Shown here piece after piece: positions 12,834-23,376 of a stretch of 64,000 bases of DNA. The DNA comes from Bryobacterales bacterium. Lineage in GTDB: Bacteria > Acidobacteriota > Terriglobia > Bryobacterales > UBA6623. A program made the position numbers and the translations under genes. A model generated the notes under the pieces. The model was not told where the DNA came from, ran no database searches, and saw nothing but the letters and a program-made list of their open reading frames with translations. The DNA lies in contig JBBDWJ010000321.1 in the NCBI GenBank assembly GCA_040902925.1, forward strand, positions 125 to 64,124, in the 5' to 3' direction. Within the stretch, counting starts at the first letter, position 1. The number at the start of each line of letters is the position of its first letter.

Positions 12834-13654
12834 TGGACTGCGGCGATGTCCGCGACGCGATGCACCGCTATCTCGACGGGGAGCTCCCCGAAGACGAGAT
12901 CACCAGGCTGGAGTCGCATCTGCTCGACTGCGCCGCTTGCCGCGAGGATCACGGCCGTTGGCAGGAAGTGGCGGACGCGGTCCGCGGCGCAAAGGAAGCC
13001 TATCGGCCCTCGCCGGCATCGGAGCAGCGCGTCCGCGAGATGCTCCAGCGAGCCGAGCGCCGCCAGCGAGCTTGGCATTGGGCTCGCGCCGCAGCCATCG
13101 CCATTTTGCTCGGCGGCGGGATGGCGGGATGGCTGGCGGGCTGGTTTGGCCAGGACGGCGAGTCTTTCCGGGTTTACGCCGCCGAGTCTCACTTGCGATA
13201 TGCCCGCGGCCGGCTGAGCCTCGATGCCGAATCCGGCGACCCGGCCGTGCTCTCGGCCTGGCTGGAAGACAATCTGCCGTTCCACCTGAAGGTGCCCGCT
13301 TATCCCGAAGCGGCGCCGGGGGACAACGCCTACGAGCTGGTGGGCGCGCGGCTGCTCCGCCATCAGGACGACGACGTCGCTTTCCTCTCGTACACCATGT
13401 ACGACAAACCGGTTTCGCTACTGGTGGCCTCCGCCGTCGGCCGCGAGCCGGTCGGCGGCCAGGTCTATCGCTCCGGCAATCTCGACTTCCACTTCTACTC
13501 GGTCGACGGGCTAAAGCTGATCGGCTGGGTCGACGATGGCCTGAGCTACGTCATTGCCTCCGACATCGACGCCGTCGGGGGCCAGTCCTGCGTCGTTTGC
13601 CACGGCCAGGGCGCGGAACGGCGCAAGTTCGAAACCCTTGAGCAGGCTCGTTGA
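12830..13654 (+). CDS. Transmembrane anti-sigma factor with N-terminal zf-HC2/ZAS motif and C-terminal CXXCH
   Basis: The start overlaps the sigma stop (ATGA). It has HLLDCAAC (H-x3-C-x2-C), one TM helix (AAAIAILLGGGMAGWLAGWF) and an extracytoplasmic domain of about 170 aa ending ...GGQSCVVCHGQG. Confidence 0.88.
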   Translation: MMDCGDVRDAMHRYLDGELPEDEITRLESHLLDCAACREDHGRWQEVADAVRGAKEAYRPSPASEQRVREMLQRAERRQRAWHWARAAAIAILLGGGMAGWLAGWFGQDGESFRVYAAESHLRYARGRLSLDAESGDPAVLSAWLEDNLPFHLKVPAYPEAAPGDNAYELVGARLLRHQDDDVAFLSYTMYDKPVSLLVASAVGREPVGGQVYRSGNLDFHFYSVDGLKLIGWVDDGLSYVIASDIDAVGGQSCVVCHGQGAERRKFETLEQAR

Positions 13655-14070
13655 GGACCAGCGCGGCAGTCCGGCCTAGACTCACCGTTACCTGGCGTCA
13701 ACAAACGATCCAACAAAATATCGAATCGAGGGGGAAACCTCCCCCTTCTAACAGCCATTGTTGATTGGACAAGGTGGTCGGGCCGGGACTGGATGGGGCG
13801 TCGCCTGGCCCTCAATTGCGGCGCTGGGGTATGCTCAATGGCACTCATATATCACTTGGCGCCGCAGGCTGTCGTCATTGTTGAGGTCTTCGCGGAAAAG
13901 ACGCAGGCCACCGGTTTATCCCGGCGCTTTCGCTCTGACGCCTTTCTCTGCCCCGTCCCGCTAGACAAACCGGGGCCGAATGCCGGACCCTATACCCAAC
14001 CAACAAGGAAAGCGTGCGTTGGTGTTCACCAGACGCGGCGCAAACTGACGACGTAATGGAGCGCTAACCC

Positions 14071-15540
14071 GTGCTTCCGCATCGAAATTGTTGCCCTCGA
14101 TTGCTTGCGGCCCTGAAGGCCGTGTGGCCGGCGGCACTGCTGCTTTGTTTCTCTCATCTCACCCCCGGCGCTCTTGCCCAACCACCGGCTCGCAACCAGC
14201 CCAATATCGTCGTGATCCTGGCTGACGACCTCGGCTACGGCGAGCTTGGCTGCCAAGGCAATCCCGAGATCCCTACGCCGTCGATCGATTCGATCGCCCG
14301 ACGCGGCGTGCGGTTCACCAACGGATATGTCTCCGCTCCGAACTGCAGCCCCTCGCGCGCGGGTCTGCTGACCGGGCGATATCAGACGCGCTTCGGCCAC
14401 GAATTCAATCCCATCGGCGCGCGCAACGTGGAGCCCGGCGTCGGGCTGCCGCTCCGCGAAACAAGTTTTGTGGAACGCCTCCACGACGTGGGGTACGCGA
14501 CGGCGCTGGTAGGCAAATGGCACTTGGGCGGCACGGCTCCGTTCCATCCCAATCGCCGCGGGTTCGACTATTTTTATGGCTTCCTTCATGAAGGGCATTT
14601 CTTCGTCCCGGCGCCGTGGGAGGGGGTTACAACCATGCTGCGTCGCAAGTCATTGCCCGGCGGCGAGCGCGGCCGCGCCCACCTCGGGTCCGTCATCTAC
14701 TCGACGCACATGGGCCATGACGAGCCCCCGTATGACGCCGACAATCCGATGCTCCGCGGCGGCCAACCCGTAGCCGAACAGGAATACCTGACCGACGCGA
14801 TCACTCGTGAGGCGGTGGATTTCGTTCGCCGCAGTGCGGAGCAGCCTTTCTTTCTGCTTGTCTCCTACAACGCCGTTCATAGTCCGTTGCAGGGCGCCGA
14901 TCGATACATGCAGCGGTTCGAATCGATCCCCGACATCCATCGGCGCATTTTCGCGGCGATGCTCGCCAACCTCGACGAGGGCGTGGGTAAAATCCTCGCC
15001 GCTCTTCGCGGACAGGGTTTGGAGGAGAACACGCTGCTGTTCTTCCTCAGCGACAACGGCGGGCCTACACGGGAGCTCACCTCCAGCAACAAACCTCTGC
15101 GCGGCGGCAAGAGCGACGTCTACGAGGGAGGTCTGCGGGTTCCCTTCCTGGTCCAATGGCCGGCCCGGCTGCCTCAGGGGGCCGAAGAACATCGGCCCGT
15201 AATCTCGCTCGACATCGCCGCGACTGCGCTGAATGTCGCCGGCGCCGGCGAGCAAGCAGCGCTGGACGGGGTGAGCTTAACCCCGTATCTCACCGACGAA
15301 AACTCCGGACGCCCGCACGAGGAGCTCTTCTGGCGCCAGGGGCAAAGGATTGCCGTGCGTGTTCATGATTGGAAGCTGTTGCGCAATTCACGAACCGACT
15401 CTGAGGCCTGGGAGCTTTACGATCTCTCGTCGGATCCCGGCGAAACGAAAAACCTCATTGCCGAACAAGCCCAGCGCGCGGCGAGTTTGAAATCTGTGTT
15501 GGAACGACTCGACCGCGAGATGGTCAGGCCGGCCTTTTGA
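14071..15540 (+). CDS. Sulfatase (arylsulfatase A family), secreted
   Basis: Signal peptide, PNIVVILADDLGYGELG, and the CSPSR formylglycine motif (C-x-P-x-R). Confidence 0.92.
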   Translation: MLPHRNCCPRLLAALKAVWPAALLLCFSHLTPGALAQPPARNQPNIVVILADDLGYGELGCQGNPEIPTPSIDSIARRGVRFTNGYVSAPNCSPSRAGLLTGRYQTRFGHEFNPIGARNVEPGVGLPLRETSFVERLHDVGYATALVGKWHLGGTAPFHPNRRGFDYFYGFLHEGHFFVPAPWEGVTTMLRRKSLPGGERGRAHLGSVIYSTHMGHDEPPYDADNPMLRGGQPVAEQEYLTDAITREAVDFVRRSAEQPFFLLVSYNAVHSPLQGADRYMQRFESIPDIHRRIFAAMLANLDEGVGKILAALRGQGLEENTLLFFLSDNGGPTRELTSSNKPLRGGKSDVYEGGLRVPFLVQWPARLPQGAEEHRPVISLDIAATALNVAGAGEQAALDGVSLTPYLTDENSGRPHEELFWRQGQRIAVRVHDWKLLRNSRTDSEAWELYDLSSDPGETKNLIAEQAQRAASLKSVLERLDREMVRPAF

Positions 15541-15838
15541 GCGCGTGGTGCAGTGACCCGCCGCGGGGTTGCGTTGAGCCGATTTCCTGGTCCCCGGTTC
15601 GATTTCGCTCCAAGGTCGATCACGGGAAAAGCAGGCCGCTTCCCGGCTGGGTTAGGCGAAGATTTGTCCCCCATTGCCCTGTCCCCCAATGCTCCGAACC
15701 CTCCGAACCCTTTTGCGCTAAAGTGTTCGGTGCCGCCGGACGAAGTCGACGGACCGGCGGGCCACGCACAATCCAAAGCGACCACCATTTCGGGCGGCTG
15801 ACAGGCGGTCCGGCACTGAACTGGAAAGGGGTGAAGGC

Positions 15839-17977
15839 ATGAAGACATTTGTGTGTTCTTTTAGGGCCGCGTGCATCGCGGCTTTTTTGCTTATCGCGGG
15901 GCACGCACAGGCACAGACGACGAGCCCCTGCACCGCGCAAGCGGAAACCAACGTGACACGCGGCGGCGGGCTTGCGGAACTCGTCGCCGACTTCGTGCTC
16001 ACGTGTCTCAACCCGGCGTCGAATATGTTCGGCACCGAGGCTGTTTTGTTGATCGAATCCGGCCCGGGCGTTTCCTACACTTCCGGTTTACAGGACGCCG
16101 TGATCCTGCTCAACGAAGCCGCGCCCGAGCAGCAGAAGCGCGCGCCGCTCGATCCCATCAATCCGGACCCAACCGCCAACGTATTTGTGAGCGAGCCCGG
16201 CGGCTTTGGGCCGGGCAGTCTCGTGTTCGGCCGGATACCCATCGTGGCTGACGCCGAGGGGCGTTTCACGACGCGCATCACCAACGTGCGGATCGACCTG
16301 TCGAATCCGCCGACGGCTTTGACGCTGGTGACCGCGCCCGGCCAGAGCGTTCGCGTGCCTGTTCTGTTCAAAGGCAGCAATGAAGGCGGCGCGCCGTTTT
16401 CGGATCCGGACCCGATTTCGCTCACCGAAGTTGCGGCGGAGCCGTTTTCCTTTACCGCCGCCACGGCCGAGGCGCCGCAGGCCGGCGCGGTGGCGCAGGG
16501 CTCCGGCGCTGCGCTCACCGTGACGATCGCGGAGTTGTTCGAAAGCGCAGCGAAGAAACGAATCGAGACGGCCGGCGGGCCGGAGCCCGAGGGTGAGCCC
16601 GCGCCTCAAAACGTCCCGGGAATGAACTACTACACCGAAAGCGGATTCGTGCCCGCCGACCAGGACCTCGCCAGCGTGGATGCTATCGGAGTGGCCGATA
16701 GCGGCACGCGTTTTTCAGTTCGCTTCCAGACCAGCAGCGCCGAGATCACGTTTGGGGCGCCGGAGTGCGTTCCGGCGCAGGGCGCGCTAGGGATGGAACT
16801 GCGGCTGGTAAGCGGCTTCGCGGCGGATTTCTCCGGCGGCACGCTCGCTTCGTCGTGCGGCATGACCAACATTGCTCTCGAGAACGGCGCGGCGCAACTG
16901 GTCTATGAAGTGGTCGGCGACAGCGGCGTGCACGGCGGCGGGAGCCTTGAGTCGTACGCCATTCCTTTTGGCGCGGTTTGCACGCCGCGAGCCGCGCTGA
17001 GCCAGGAGTCGGGTGCGGAGCAGACTTTTGGGGGGACGATGCTGGTCGAGGCCGGACCGGCTCCCGTGGCGGTGACGGGCGCTGCTTTGTCCAGCGGCAA
17101 GGCGCAGGCTGGCGGCGTTCCTTATCCGAGCTTCAGCCCGCAACTGGTGCAGCGCGGCGTCAACTTGAACGCGGTCTGCGCCGCCGGCGCCAAGCCGGCG
17201 TTTACGTCCGACGGCTTCACCGATGCGGCCGCATTCGGCAAGCCGCCCGCCGGCGGCGCGCTGGCATCGCTGTTCGGCGACTTTGGCGCCAGCCTGGCGA
17301 CCGCCGAGACGATTCCGCTGCCGACCGAACTGGGCAACGTGAGCGTGACATTCGAAAACGTAGCCGCCGCGGCTGCGTCCGGCCGCATAGCGCAAGCCGC
17401 GCCCATGGCGGCCCCGCTGCTGTTCGTCTCGCCCGGGCAGATCAACCTGCAGATTCCCTGGGAGGTGGACATCTCCGCGGGGCTGGTTCGGGCGGTCGTG
17501 ACGGTCGATGGTGTTGCGAGCGATCCGGTGGAGTTGCCGGTCGCGGCTCTTTCCCCGGGTATTTTCACCGTCGAGGCCGGCCCCGGGCATGCCATCGCCA
17601 TCAACCCCGACAGCTCGCTGGCCCAGCCCGATGGCTCCATCCCTGGATTCGCCACGCGCCCGGTCCGGATCGGAGAGGCGCTGATTATCCTCGCCACGGG
17701 ACTTGGGGTGACCACACCGCCCGCAGTGACCGCCGATGACAGTTATGACGAGATGGGCACGTTCGTGCGGCGCGACAGCGATGAAGTGCCTCGAGTGACC
17801 ATCGGAGGCGTCGAGCAATCGCTCGCGTTTTCTGGCATGTCTCCGCAGTTCGTCGGCGTGAATCAGATCAATATCGTGGTGCAGCCTGGAACGCCGACGG
17901 GCGACGCGCAACCGTTGCTGATCGAGACGGGCGGATTGAGCTCGCGTAGTGATGTCACGATCGCGGTAGCGAACTAA
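15839..17977 (+). CDS. Secreted protein with C-terminal Solibacter-type (TIGR03437-like) domain
   Basis: Signal peptide MKTFVCSFRAACIAAFLLIAGHAQA. The C-terminus matches the Soli_cterm pattern (LFVSPGQINLQIPWEV..., ILATGLG..., VTIGGV...FSGMSPQFVGVNQINIVVQPG). Confidence 0.8.
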   Translation: MKTFVCSFRAACIAAFLLIAGHAQAQTTSPCTAQAETNVTRGGGLAELVADFVLTCLNPASNMFGTEAVLLIESGPGVSYTSGLQDAVILLNEAAPEQQKRAPLDPINPDPTANVFVSEPGGFGPGSLVFGRIPIVADAEGRFTTRITNVRIDLSNPPTALTLVTAPGQSVRVPVLFKGSNEGGAPFSDPDPISLTEVAAEPFSFTAATAEAPQAGAVAQGSGAALTVTIAELFESAAKKRIETAGGPEPEGEPAPQNVPGMNYYTESGFVPADQDLASVDAIGVADSGTRFSVRFQTSSAEITFGAPECVPAQGALGMELRLVSGFAADFSGGTLASSCGMTNIALENGAAQLVYEVVGDSGVHGGGSLESYAIPFGAVCTPRAALSQESGAEQTFGGTMLVEAGPAPVAVTGAALSSGKAQAGGVPYPSFSPQLVQRGVNLNAVCAAGAKPAFTSDGFTDAAAFGKPPAGGALASLFGDFGASLATAETIPLPTELGNVSVTFENVAAAAASGRIAQAAPMAAPLLFVSPGQINLQIPWEVDISAGLVRAVVTVDGVASDPVELPVAALSPGIFTVEAGPGHAIAINPDSSLAQPDGSIPGFATRPVRIGEALIILATGLGVTTPPAVTADDSYDEMGTFVRRDSDEVPRVTIGGVEQSLAFSGMSPQFVGVNQINIVVQPGTPTGDAQPLLIETGGLSSRSDVTIAVAN

Positions 17978-18067
17978 ATGAGAATAGGGACAGATCCGGG
18001 ACAGCTACCATGGACGATTAAAGTCGAGGATGTCCCGACTTTCTCTTGTTCCCTATCCACTAAACCT

Positions 18068-21000
18068 TCAACCCGACTTGCGGGCAACAACCGGTATGGT
18101 TTCCACGACGTCTTCCGGCTGGAAACGGTCCCTGCGCCAGGGCATCCGCTTGAACCAGCGGCTGCTCGCAATGTCGTCGAACAGCGAATAGGCAACCGGC
18201 GTCACCAGCAGAGTCAACAGCAGCGACAGTGTCTGGCCGCCGATCACAACCACCGCGATAGCGCGCCGTTCCTCGGCGCCGGGTCCCACGCCCACCGCGA
18301 GAGGAATCATGCCCGCCACCAGAGCCAGCGTCGTCATCAGGATAGGCCGCAAGCGGTCGCGATTGCCCTGCATCACCGCCGCCAGCCGCTCCATGCCCGC
18401 GGCGCGCAGATTGTTCATGTGGTCAATCTGCAGAATGGAGTTCTTCTTGACGACCCCGAACAGCACCAGCATGCCGAGCGCGGAGTACAGGTTGAAGGTG
18501 TTGTTGCTCGCCCACAACGAAAGAAGCGCGAACGGAATCGACAGCGGCAAGGAGAGCAGAATGGTAAAAGGGTGAATCAGGCTTTCAAACTGCGAGGCCA
18601 AAATCATGTACATCAGAGCCACCGACAGGGCAAAAGCCAGCAGAAACTCGCGGCCGGTGCGTTCCAGCTCGCGTCCGCGGCCCGAAATGCTCGTCGAGTA
18701 GGCAGGAGGCATGTTCATCTCGGCGGCCGCCGCACGCAAGGCTTCCAGGCGGTCGGCCAGCGCGAAGCCCGGGGCGACGCTGCCGCGCACGCTGGCTTGT
18801 CGCTGCCGGTCGAGCCGATCAATGCGCGTCGGGCTGATCGAAGACTGAATCTCGACAAGATTGTCGAGACGCACCATGCCGCCTCCCTGGCGAGGCACGT
18901 AGAGCTGCAAAATCGTATCCGGGTCTTCGCGGAACTGCTGCTGCAGGCGCAACTGCACGTCGTAGTCTTCGTTGACCAGCACGTCGCGGAAGCGGCTCAG
19001 CTCCTCTTCGCCACCCACCATGATGCGCAGTGCGCGCGCCACATCCTGCACGGAGACTCCCAAATCCGCGGCCCGCTTGCGGTCGATTTCCACGCGTAGC
19101 TCCGGCTTGTCGAGCTTGAGGGTCGTATCGGCGTCCACGACGCCCAGATCCTTGGACTTGACGCGCAGATCCTCGGAGTAGCTCGCCAGCGACTCCAGTT
19201 CCGGGCCGCGGATGACGAAATCGATCTCGGATGGTCCGCCGCCGATGTTGAACGACCGCAGGTTGCGAACGCCGCCTCGCAGCTCGGGGTAGCGGGCCAG
19301 CATGCGGCGGATACTGCTCATCACATCGCGCTGGCTGTAGTTGTTGCGGAAAGCCTCCAGGGGCTGGCCGCGCAGTGTTTCCTGCACCAGGCGCCACAGC
19401 GAGAAGATACGCTCTTCGTGCGGAGCGATGCGCACGTAGACCTCGCCTTGATTGACGCTGCCGCCGAAGCCGCTGCTGCCGCCGCCCGGACCCGCGCCAA
19501 TACTGGTGAGCGTGGTCCTGACCTCCGGCATTGACCGAAGCTCTTTCTCGATTGACTCCATCACTCCGTTCATGGCTGCGAAGCTGATGCCTTCCGGCCC
19601 GTTGACCTGGACTTCGAACTCCGCTTCATCGACGTCGCCGGGAATAAAATCCTGCGGCACGGCTTGATACAGGGGAACGGCGGAAAGAATCACCAGCAGG
19701 CCCAGTACACAGACCGCTGCTCGATGGCGCATCGAAAACGCCAGCATCCTGCCATACACACGGTCGACGTGCGCATAGAAGCCGCCCCGAGAGCCGCTGC
19801 CATGGTTGGTCCGAGAGTCTTCGCCGCGCAACAACCGCGCGCTCATCATGGGGGTCAACGTGAACGACACCAGCAGGCTGACCAGGATGGCCACCGCCGA
19901 CGTGATGCCGAACTGGTACAGGAAGCGGCCCGAAACGCTCGACATGAACGAGACGGGCACGAAGATGACGACCAGGCTCAGCGTCGTGGCCAGCACGGCG
20001 AGCCCGATGTCGCGCGTCGCCTCGCGCGCAGCATCGAAGGAGTTCATGCCCTTTTCTTCGACGAAACGGAAGATGTTCTCGAGCACTACAATGGCGTCGT
20101 CAATCACGATGCCCACCATCAGCACCAGCGCCAGCATGGTGACGCTGTTGAGCGTAAAGTCGAGCGCTTCCATGACGCCAAAAGTGGAAATCACGGAAGC
20201 CGGAATGGCGACGCCCGCGATGAGGGTGCTGCGCCAGCTCCGCATGAACACGAGCACCACCAGACAGGCCAGTATGCTGCCGAGCACGAGGTGAGTCGTG
20301 ATTTCGTGAAGCGCCGCCCGGATGTAGCGCGACTGATCGAGAATGATCTCCATGCGCACGTCGGGCGGCAACTGCGGAACCACGCGAGCCATGTTGGCCT
20401 TGACGTCGTCGATGACCGCGACCGTGTTGGCGCCCGATTGACGCCGCACCAGCATCGTCACAGTCGGCACGCCGTTGAGGCGAGCCAGCGTGCGCTGCTC
20501 CTTGGTGCCGTCCTCGGCGTAGCCGATATCGGCGACGCGGATCGGCACGCCGTTGACCGTCGTGATCACCAGATCGTCGAATGCCTTCGGATCGGCGATC
20601 CTGCCCACCGTGCGCAAGGTCTCCTCGCGGATGCCGGCGGTGACGTTTCCACCCGGCACGTCGGTGTTCTGGCGGACCACCGCATCGGCCACGGCGGTGA
20701 TGGGAATCTGATACGCGACCAGCCGGTCCGCGTCGGCCCAGATGTTGATCGCGCGCTCCAGCCCGCCGACGATGGCCACTTCTCCCACGCCGAGGGAACG
20801 TTCGATCTGCGGCGTGACGATCTTGTCGGCCAGCTCCGTCAGCTCGCGCAACGATCGATCGCCGGCCAGGGCGATCGTCATGACCGGAGAGTTCTCGTTG
20901 TTGAACTTGGAGATGACCGGCGGCAGGACATCTTCGGGCAGGTTGCGTACCACCGTGGCGACGCGGTCACGGATATCCTGGGCGGCTACGTCGACATCGC

Positions 21001-21298
21001 GGCTCAGATCCAGCGTGGCAATGATGAAGGAACTGCTCTCGCGCGAGATGGAGCGCAATTCGCGAATTCCTTCGACAGTATTGACGGCTTCTTCAATGAC
21101 GTCGGAGACCAGCGATTCGATCTCTTCGGGCGAGGCGCCCGGCAGCGAGGTGCGCACCGCCACGGTGGGCAGGTCCACCTCCGGAAATCGATCGACACCC
21201 AGGCGGAAGTAGCTGGAAGACCCGACCAGCACCAGGGCCATGATGAGCATGGCCGCGAAAACCGGCCTGCGGATACAGATTTCAGCTAGTTTCTGCAT
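18068..21298 (-). CDS. RND efflux transporter, inner-membrane permease (AcrB/HAE family)
   Basis: 1076 aa with 12-TM RND architecture and a typical N-terminus (IRRPVFAAMLIMALVLVG...LGVDRFPEVDLPTV). Confidence 0.93.
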   Translation of the reverse strand: MQKLAEICIRRPVFAAMLIMALVLVGSSSYFRLGVDRFPEVDLPTVAVRTSLPGASPEEIESLVSDVIEEAVNTVEGIRELRSISRESSSFIIATLDLSRDVDVAAQDIRDRVATVVRNLPEDVLPPVISKFNNENSPVMTIALAGDRSLRELTELADKIVTPQIERSLGVGEVAIVGGLERAINIWADADRLVAYQIPITAVADAVVRQNTDVPGGNVTAGIREETLRTVGRIADPKAFDDLVITTVNGVPIRVADIGYAEDGTKEQRTLARLNGVPTVTMLVRRQSGANTVAVIDDVKANMARVVPQLPPDVRMEIILDQSRYIRAALHEITTHLVLGSILACLVVLVFMRSWRSTLIAGVAIPASVISTFGVMEALDFTLNSVTMLALVLMVGIVIDDAIVVLENIFRFVEEKGMNSFDAAREATRDIGLAVLATTLSLVVIFVPVSFMSSVSGRFLYQFGITSAVAILVSLLVSFTLTPMMSARLLRGEDSRTNHGSGSRGGFYAHVDRVYGRMLAFSMRHRAAVCVLGLLVILSAVPLYQAVPQDFIPGDVDEAEFEVQVNGPEGISFAAMNGVMESIEKELRSMPEVRTTLTSIGAGPGGGSSGFGGSVNQGEVYVRIAPHEERIFSLWRLVQETLRGQPLEAFRNNYSQRDVMSSIRRMLARYPELRGGVRNLRSFNIGGGPSEIDFVIRGPELESLASYSEDLRVKSKDLGVVDADTTLKLDKPELRVEIDRKRAADLGVSVQDVARALRIMVGGEEELSRFRDVLVNEDYDVQLRLQQQFREDPDTILQLYVPRQGGGMVRLDNLVEIQSSISPTRIDRLDRQRQASVRGSVAPGFALADRLEALRAAAAEMNMPPAYSTSISGRGRELERTGREFLLAFALSVALMYMILASQFESLIHPFTILLSLPLSIPFALLSLWASNNTFNLYSALGMLVLFGVVKKNSILQIDHMNNLRAAGMERLAAVMQGNRDRLRPILMTTLALVAGMIPLAVGVGPGAEERRAIAVVVIGGQTLSLLLTLLVTPVAYSLFDDIASSRWFKRMPWRRDRFQPEDVVETIPVVARKSG

Positions 21299-21333
21299 AA
21301 CAACCCGATGCGGTCCGTTCGTGCCCAGTTCGG

Positions 21334-22572
21334 TTAGTTCGTGCTGATCACCGGCTGGCCGGCTACCAGGTTGCCGGGGTCGGTCACCACAACATCACCG
21401 GGCTTGATGCCCGCGGTGATCTCGACCTTCTCGACATCTTTGCGTCCGGTCCGCACCGCTTTCTCGACGCTTTTTCCCTGTTCGACTACAAAGACTTTTT
21501 CGATTCCCGCGAAGGTTACCAGGGCCTTGGCGGGCACAAACACCGCCGGCGACCCTGCCTTGGCAACCAGCTCGGCGCGGACGAACGCTCCCGGCCGCAG
21601 CCGGCCTTGTTCGTTGGGCACTTCGGCCTCGACCAACAGCGTGCGATTGGCCTGGTCGATCGCGGGGCTGAGGCGCGTCACCCGGCCGTAGTACTGGTGG
21701 AGATCCCGTTCTACCTTGAGTTTCACTTGTTGTCCGACATACACGTCGGAGGAGGCGCGTTCAGGGACCGGCAGGTGCAGGCGCAACGGGTGCACGCGCA
21801 CGATCGTGACAACCGGCGTTCCGGCGGGGACAAACTCGCCCGCGGAAGCATGTCTTGTGGCGACCGCGCCGTCGATCGGGGAACGCAGCACCGTCTGGTC
21901 GAGTTGGTGGCGGGCCAGATCCAACTCCGATTTGCGCTGCGCCAGCAGCGCCACGCGATTGCGGATCTCTTCGATCGAATTCTCGTAGGCGCCTTCGGCG
22001 ACCGCGTGGGAGGCGATGGCCGTATCGAGATCCGAGCGCGCGACCAGACTGTCATCAAAAAGCTGCTGTGCCCGATCCCGTTTCAGCCTCGTCTCATTCA
22101 GCATGGCTTTGGCCTGCCGTACGGTCGAGGTCTGTTCGGGGTCGACGCGCTCCTCGGGGCCGTCGGGCAGCAGCCCGAGCCGCGTACGCGCCTGCTGCAA
22201 GGCAGCCGCGGCTTGTTCGGCTTGAATCCGAAAATCGGTCGGTTCGAGTTTGGCGAGTATCTGTTCCTTGCGAACGGCGTCACCCAGATCCACCGTCAGC
22301 GACTGGATGCGTCCACTCACCTTGATGGCCAAAGCCAACTGATCCTGTGGCTCCAGAGTGCCGGTGGCGCCGATGGCGCGAGTTACCTGCTCTTCGACGG
22401 CAACAACCGTTTGCACCTCGCGAGGCGGCTGGCCCGAGGCCTCACGGCTCGATTCCGCAATGGCGCTCGAACGAACCTCGCAGCCCGACAAGAAGCACAG
22501 CGAAAGAACGGAGGCTGCGCTGATTAACGCCGCCGCATGGCCGCCCAAGCGCAATCTTAACGAAGTGAACAT
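21334..22572 (-). CDS. RND efflux periplasmic adaptor (membrane fusion protein, HlyD family), lipoprotein
   Basis: Coiled-coil, barrel-sandwich and beta-barrel pattern. I place the start at MFTSLRL with the lipobox LSGC. The track ORF extends to 22659. Confidence 0.88.
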   Translation of the reverse strand: MFTSLRLRLGGHAAALISAASVLSLCFLSGCEVRSSAIAESSREASGQPPREVQTVVAVEEQVTRAIGATGTLEPQDQLALAIKVSGRIQSLTVDLGDAVRKEQILAKLEPTDFRIQAEQAAAALQQARTRLGLLPDGPEERVDPEQTSTVRQAKAMLNETRLKRDRAQQLFDDSLVARSDLDTAIASHAVAEGAYENSIEEIRNRVALLAQRKSELDLARHQLDQTVLRSPIDGAVATRHASAGEFVPAGTPVVTIVRVHPLRLHLPVPERASSDVYVGQQVKLKVERDLHQYYGRVTRLSPAIDQANRTLLVEAEVPNEQGRLRPGAFVRAELVAKAGSPAVFVPAKALVTFAGIEKVFVVEQGKSVEKAVRTGRKDVEKVEITAGIKPGDVVVTDPGNLVAGQPVISTN

Positions 22573-22791
22573 TTTTGCTTGACCTGTTTCGCAGGCGCCC
22601 GGAACGCGTTCCGCTAACCACATGGCGCGCACCCACTCGTGGCGCTGCACTGGCCGCACCTCAGCATGGATGATTCCCTCACTTAACGGCGAAGGGTTCA
22701 GATTCCCCCCTGTTCAGAACATCATCCCAAAGGTCTGAAGGCGAAAACGGCCCGCCAAAGGTTTCACCGGTAAGCCATGCCTTTCGGCCTC

Positions 22792-23376
22792 TCAGCCGAT
22801 GGGAAACATCTGCACGTTGTGCCGCATGGTTGCATCCGGCGCCAGAGCGAGAGCCAGTTGGAGAGGTTGGATGGCGTTCCGGCGCTGGACCACGATGGTG
22901 TAGTTGCCCTGGCGGATCATGCCGACGTCGCCGCGATCCGCTTGCCAGGGCGCGCTCTTCGCCAAGCTGAACTCTTTTGGATTGAAAATGATGGCGGCCG
23001 CGCGCGGGGTCGCGCATTCGAAGCTGACGAGAACTTCATCATCGACTTCCGGCAGCAGTTGTCTGGTTGCGCCGGCGACCCGAACTCCGGGACGCGCCGG
23101 CCGCGGGCCGATGATGGCGTCTTTTTTGGCAATATCCCAGCCGCGGACGGTGACACCCTGCTGCACCACATGGACCAGCTCGTGAGCGGCAAGATGGGGC
23201 CTCGGGCGCGCGGGTCCGGGCTGGAATCGGCAGTCGAGCACCCAGTTCTGGACGACGATGGTGGCGCGCACCGGCGTTCCGGATGCTTGGAACATGATGT
23301 ATTGCATCTTGAACTCCCCAAACGCGCTATCCCGGGGGGGCGGACGCACGGGTTTGCTTTGCTCCCGTTCTAACAC
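22792..23376 (-). CDS. DUF4157-like (zincin HExxH-type, eCIS-core-like) domain protein with a gpV/VgrG-like OB-fold motif
   Basis: 194 aa. AFGEF....(about 40 aa)...LAAHELVHVVQQG fits the DUF4157 signature. Downstream, LLPEVDDEVLVSFE....P....II.NP resembles the P-x-V-G-D-E-V-L-V-x-F strand of phage baseplate gpV/VgrG. It has a GTG start. Confidence 0.6.
   Translation of the reverse strand: MLEREQSKPVRPPPRDSAFGEFKMQYIMFQASGTPVRATIVVQNWVLDCRFQPGPARPRPHLAAHELVHVVQQGVTVRGWDIAKKDAIIGPRPARPGVRVAGATRQLLPEVDDEVLVSFECATPRAAAIIFNPKEFSLAKSAPWQADRGDVGMIRQGNYTIVVQRRNAIQPLQLALALAPDATMRHNVQMFPIG

Noticed and set aside
13655-14070. Small ORFs (68-100 aa) and a possible ncRNA in the 416-bp gap after the anti-sigma gene
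   Set aside because: The ORFs are mutually overlapping shadows. Only a short AGGGGG-N6-CCCCCT hairpin (about 13723-13740) is visible, which is consistent with a weak terminator rather than a structured RNA gene.
16787-17911. 374-aa minus-strand ORF
   Set aside because: It is antisense to the Soli_cterm protein gene and consists of Arg/Gly/Ala-rich low complexity.
19664-21289. 541-aa plus-strand ORF
   Set aside because: It is antisense to the RND permease gene and has a low-complexity His/Arg/Asp-rich composition with no family signature.
22777-23373. 198-aa plus-strand ORF overlapping the DUF4157 gene
   Set aside because: It has no recognisable motifs. The minus-strand frame carries both the HELVHVVQQ and PEVDDEVLVSFE signatures.
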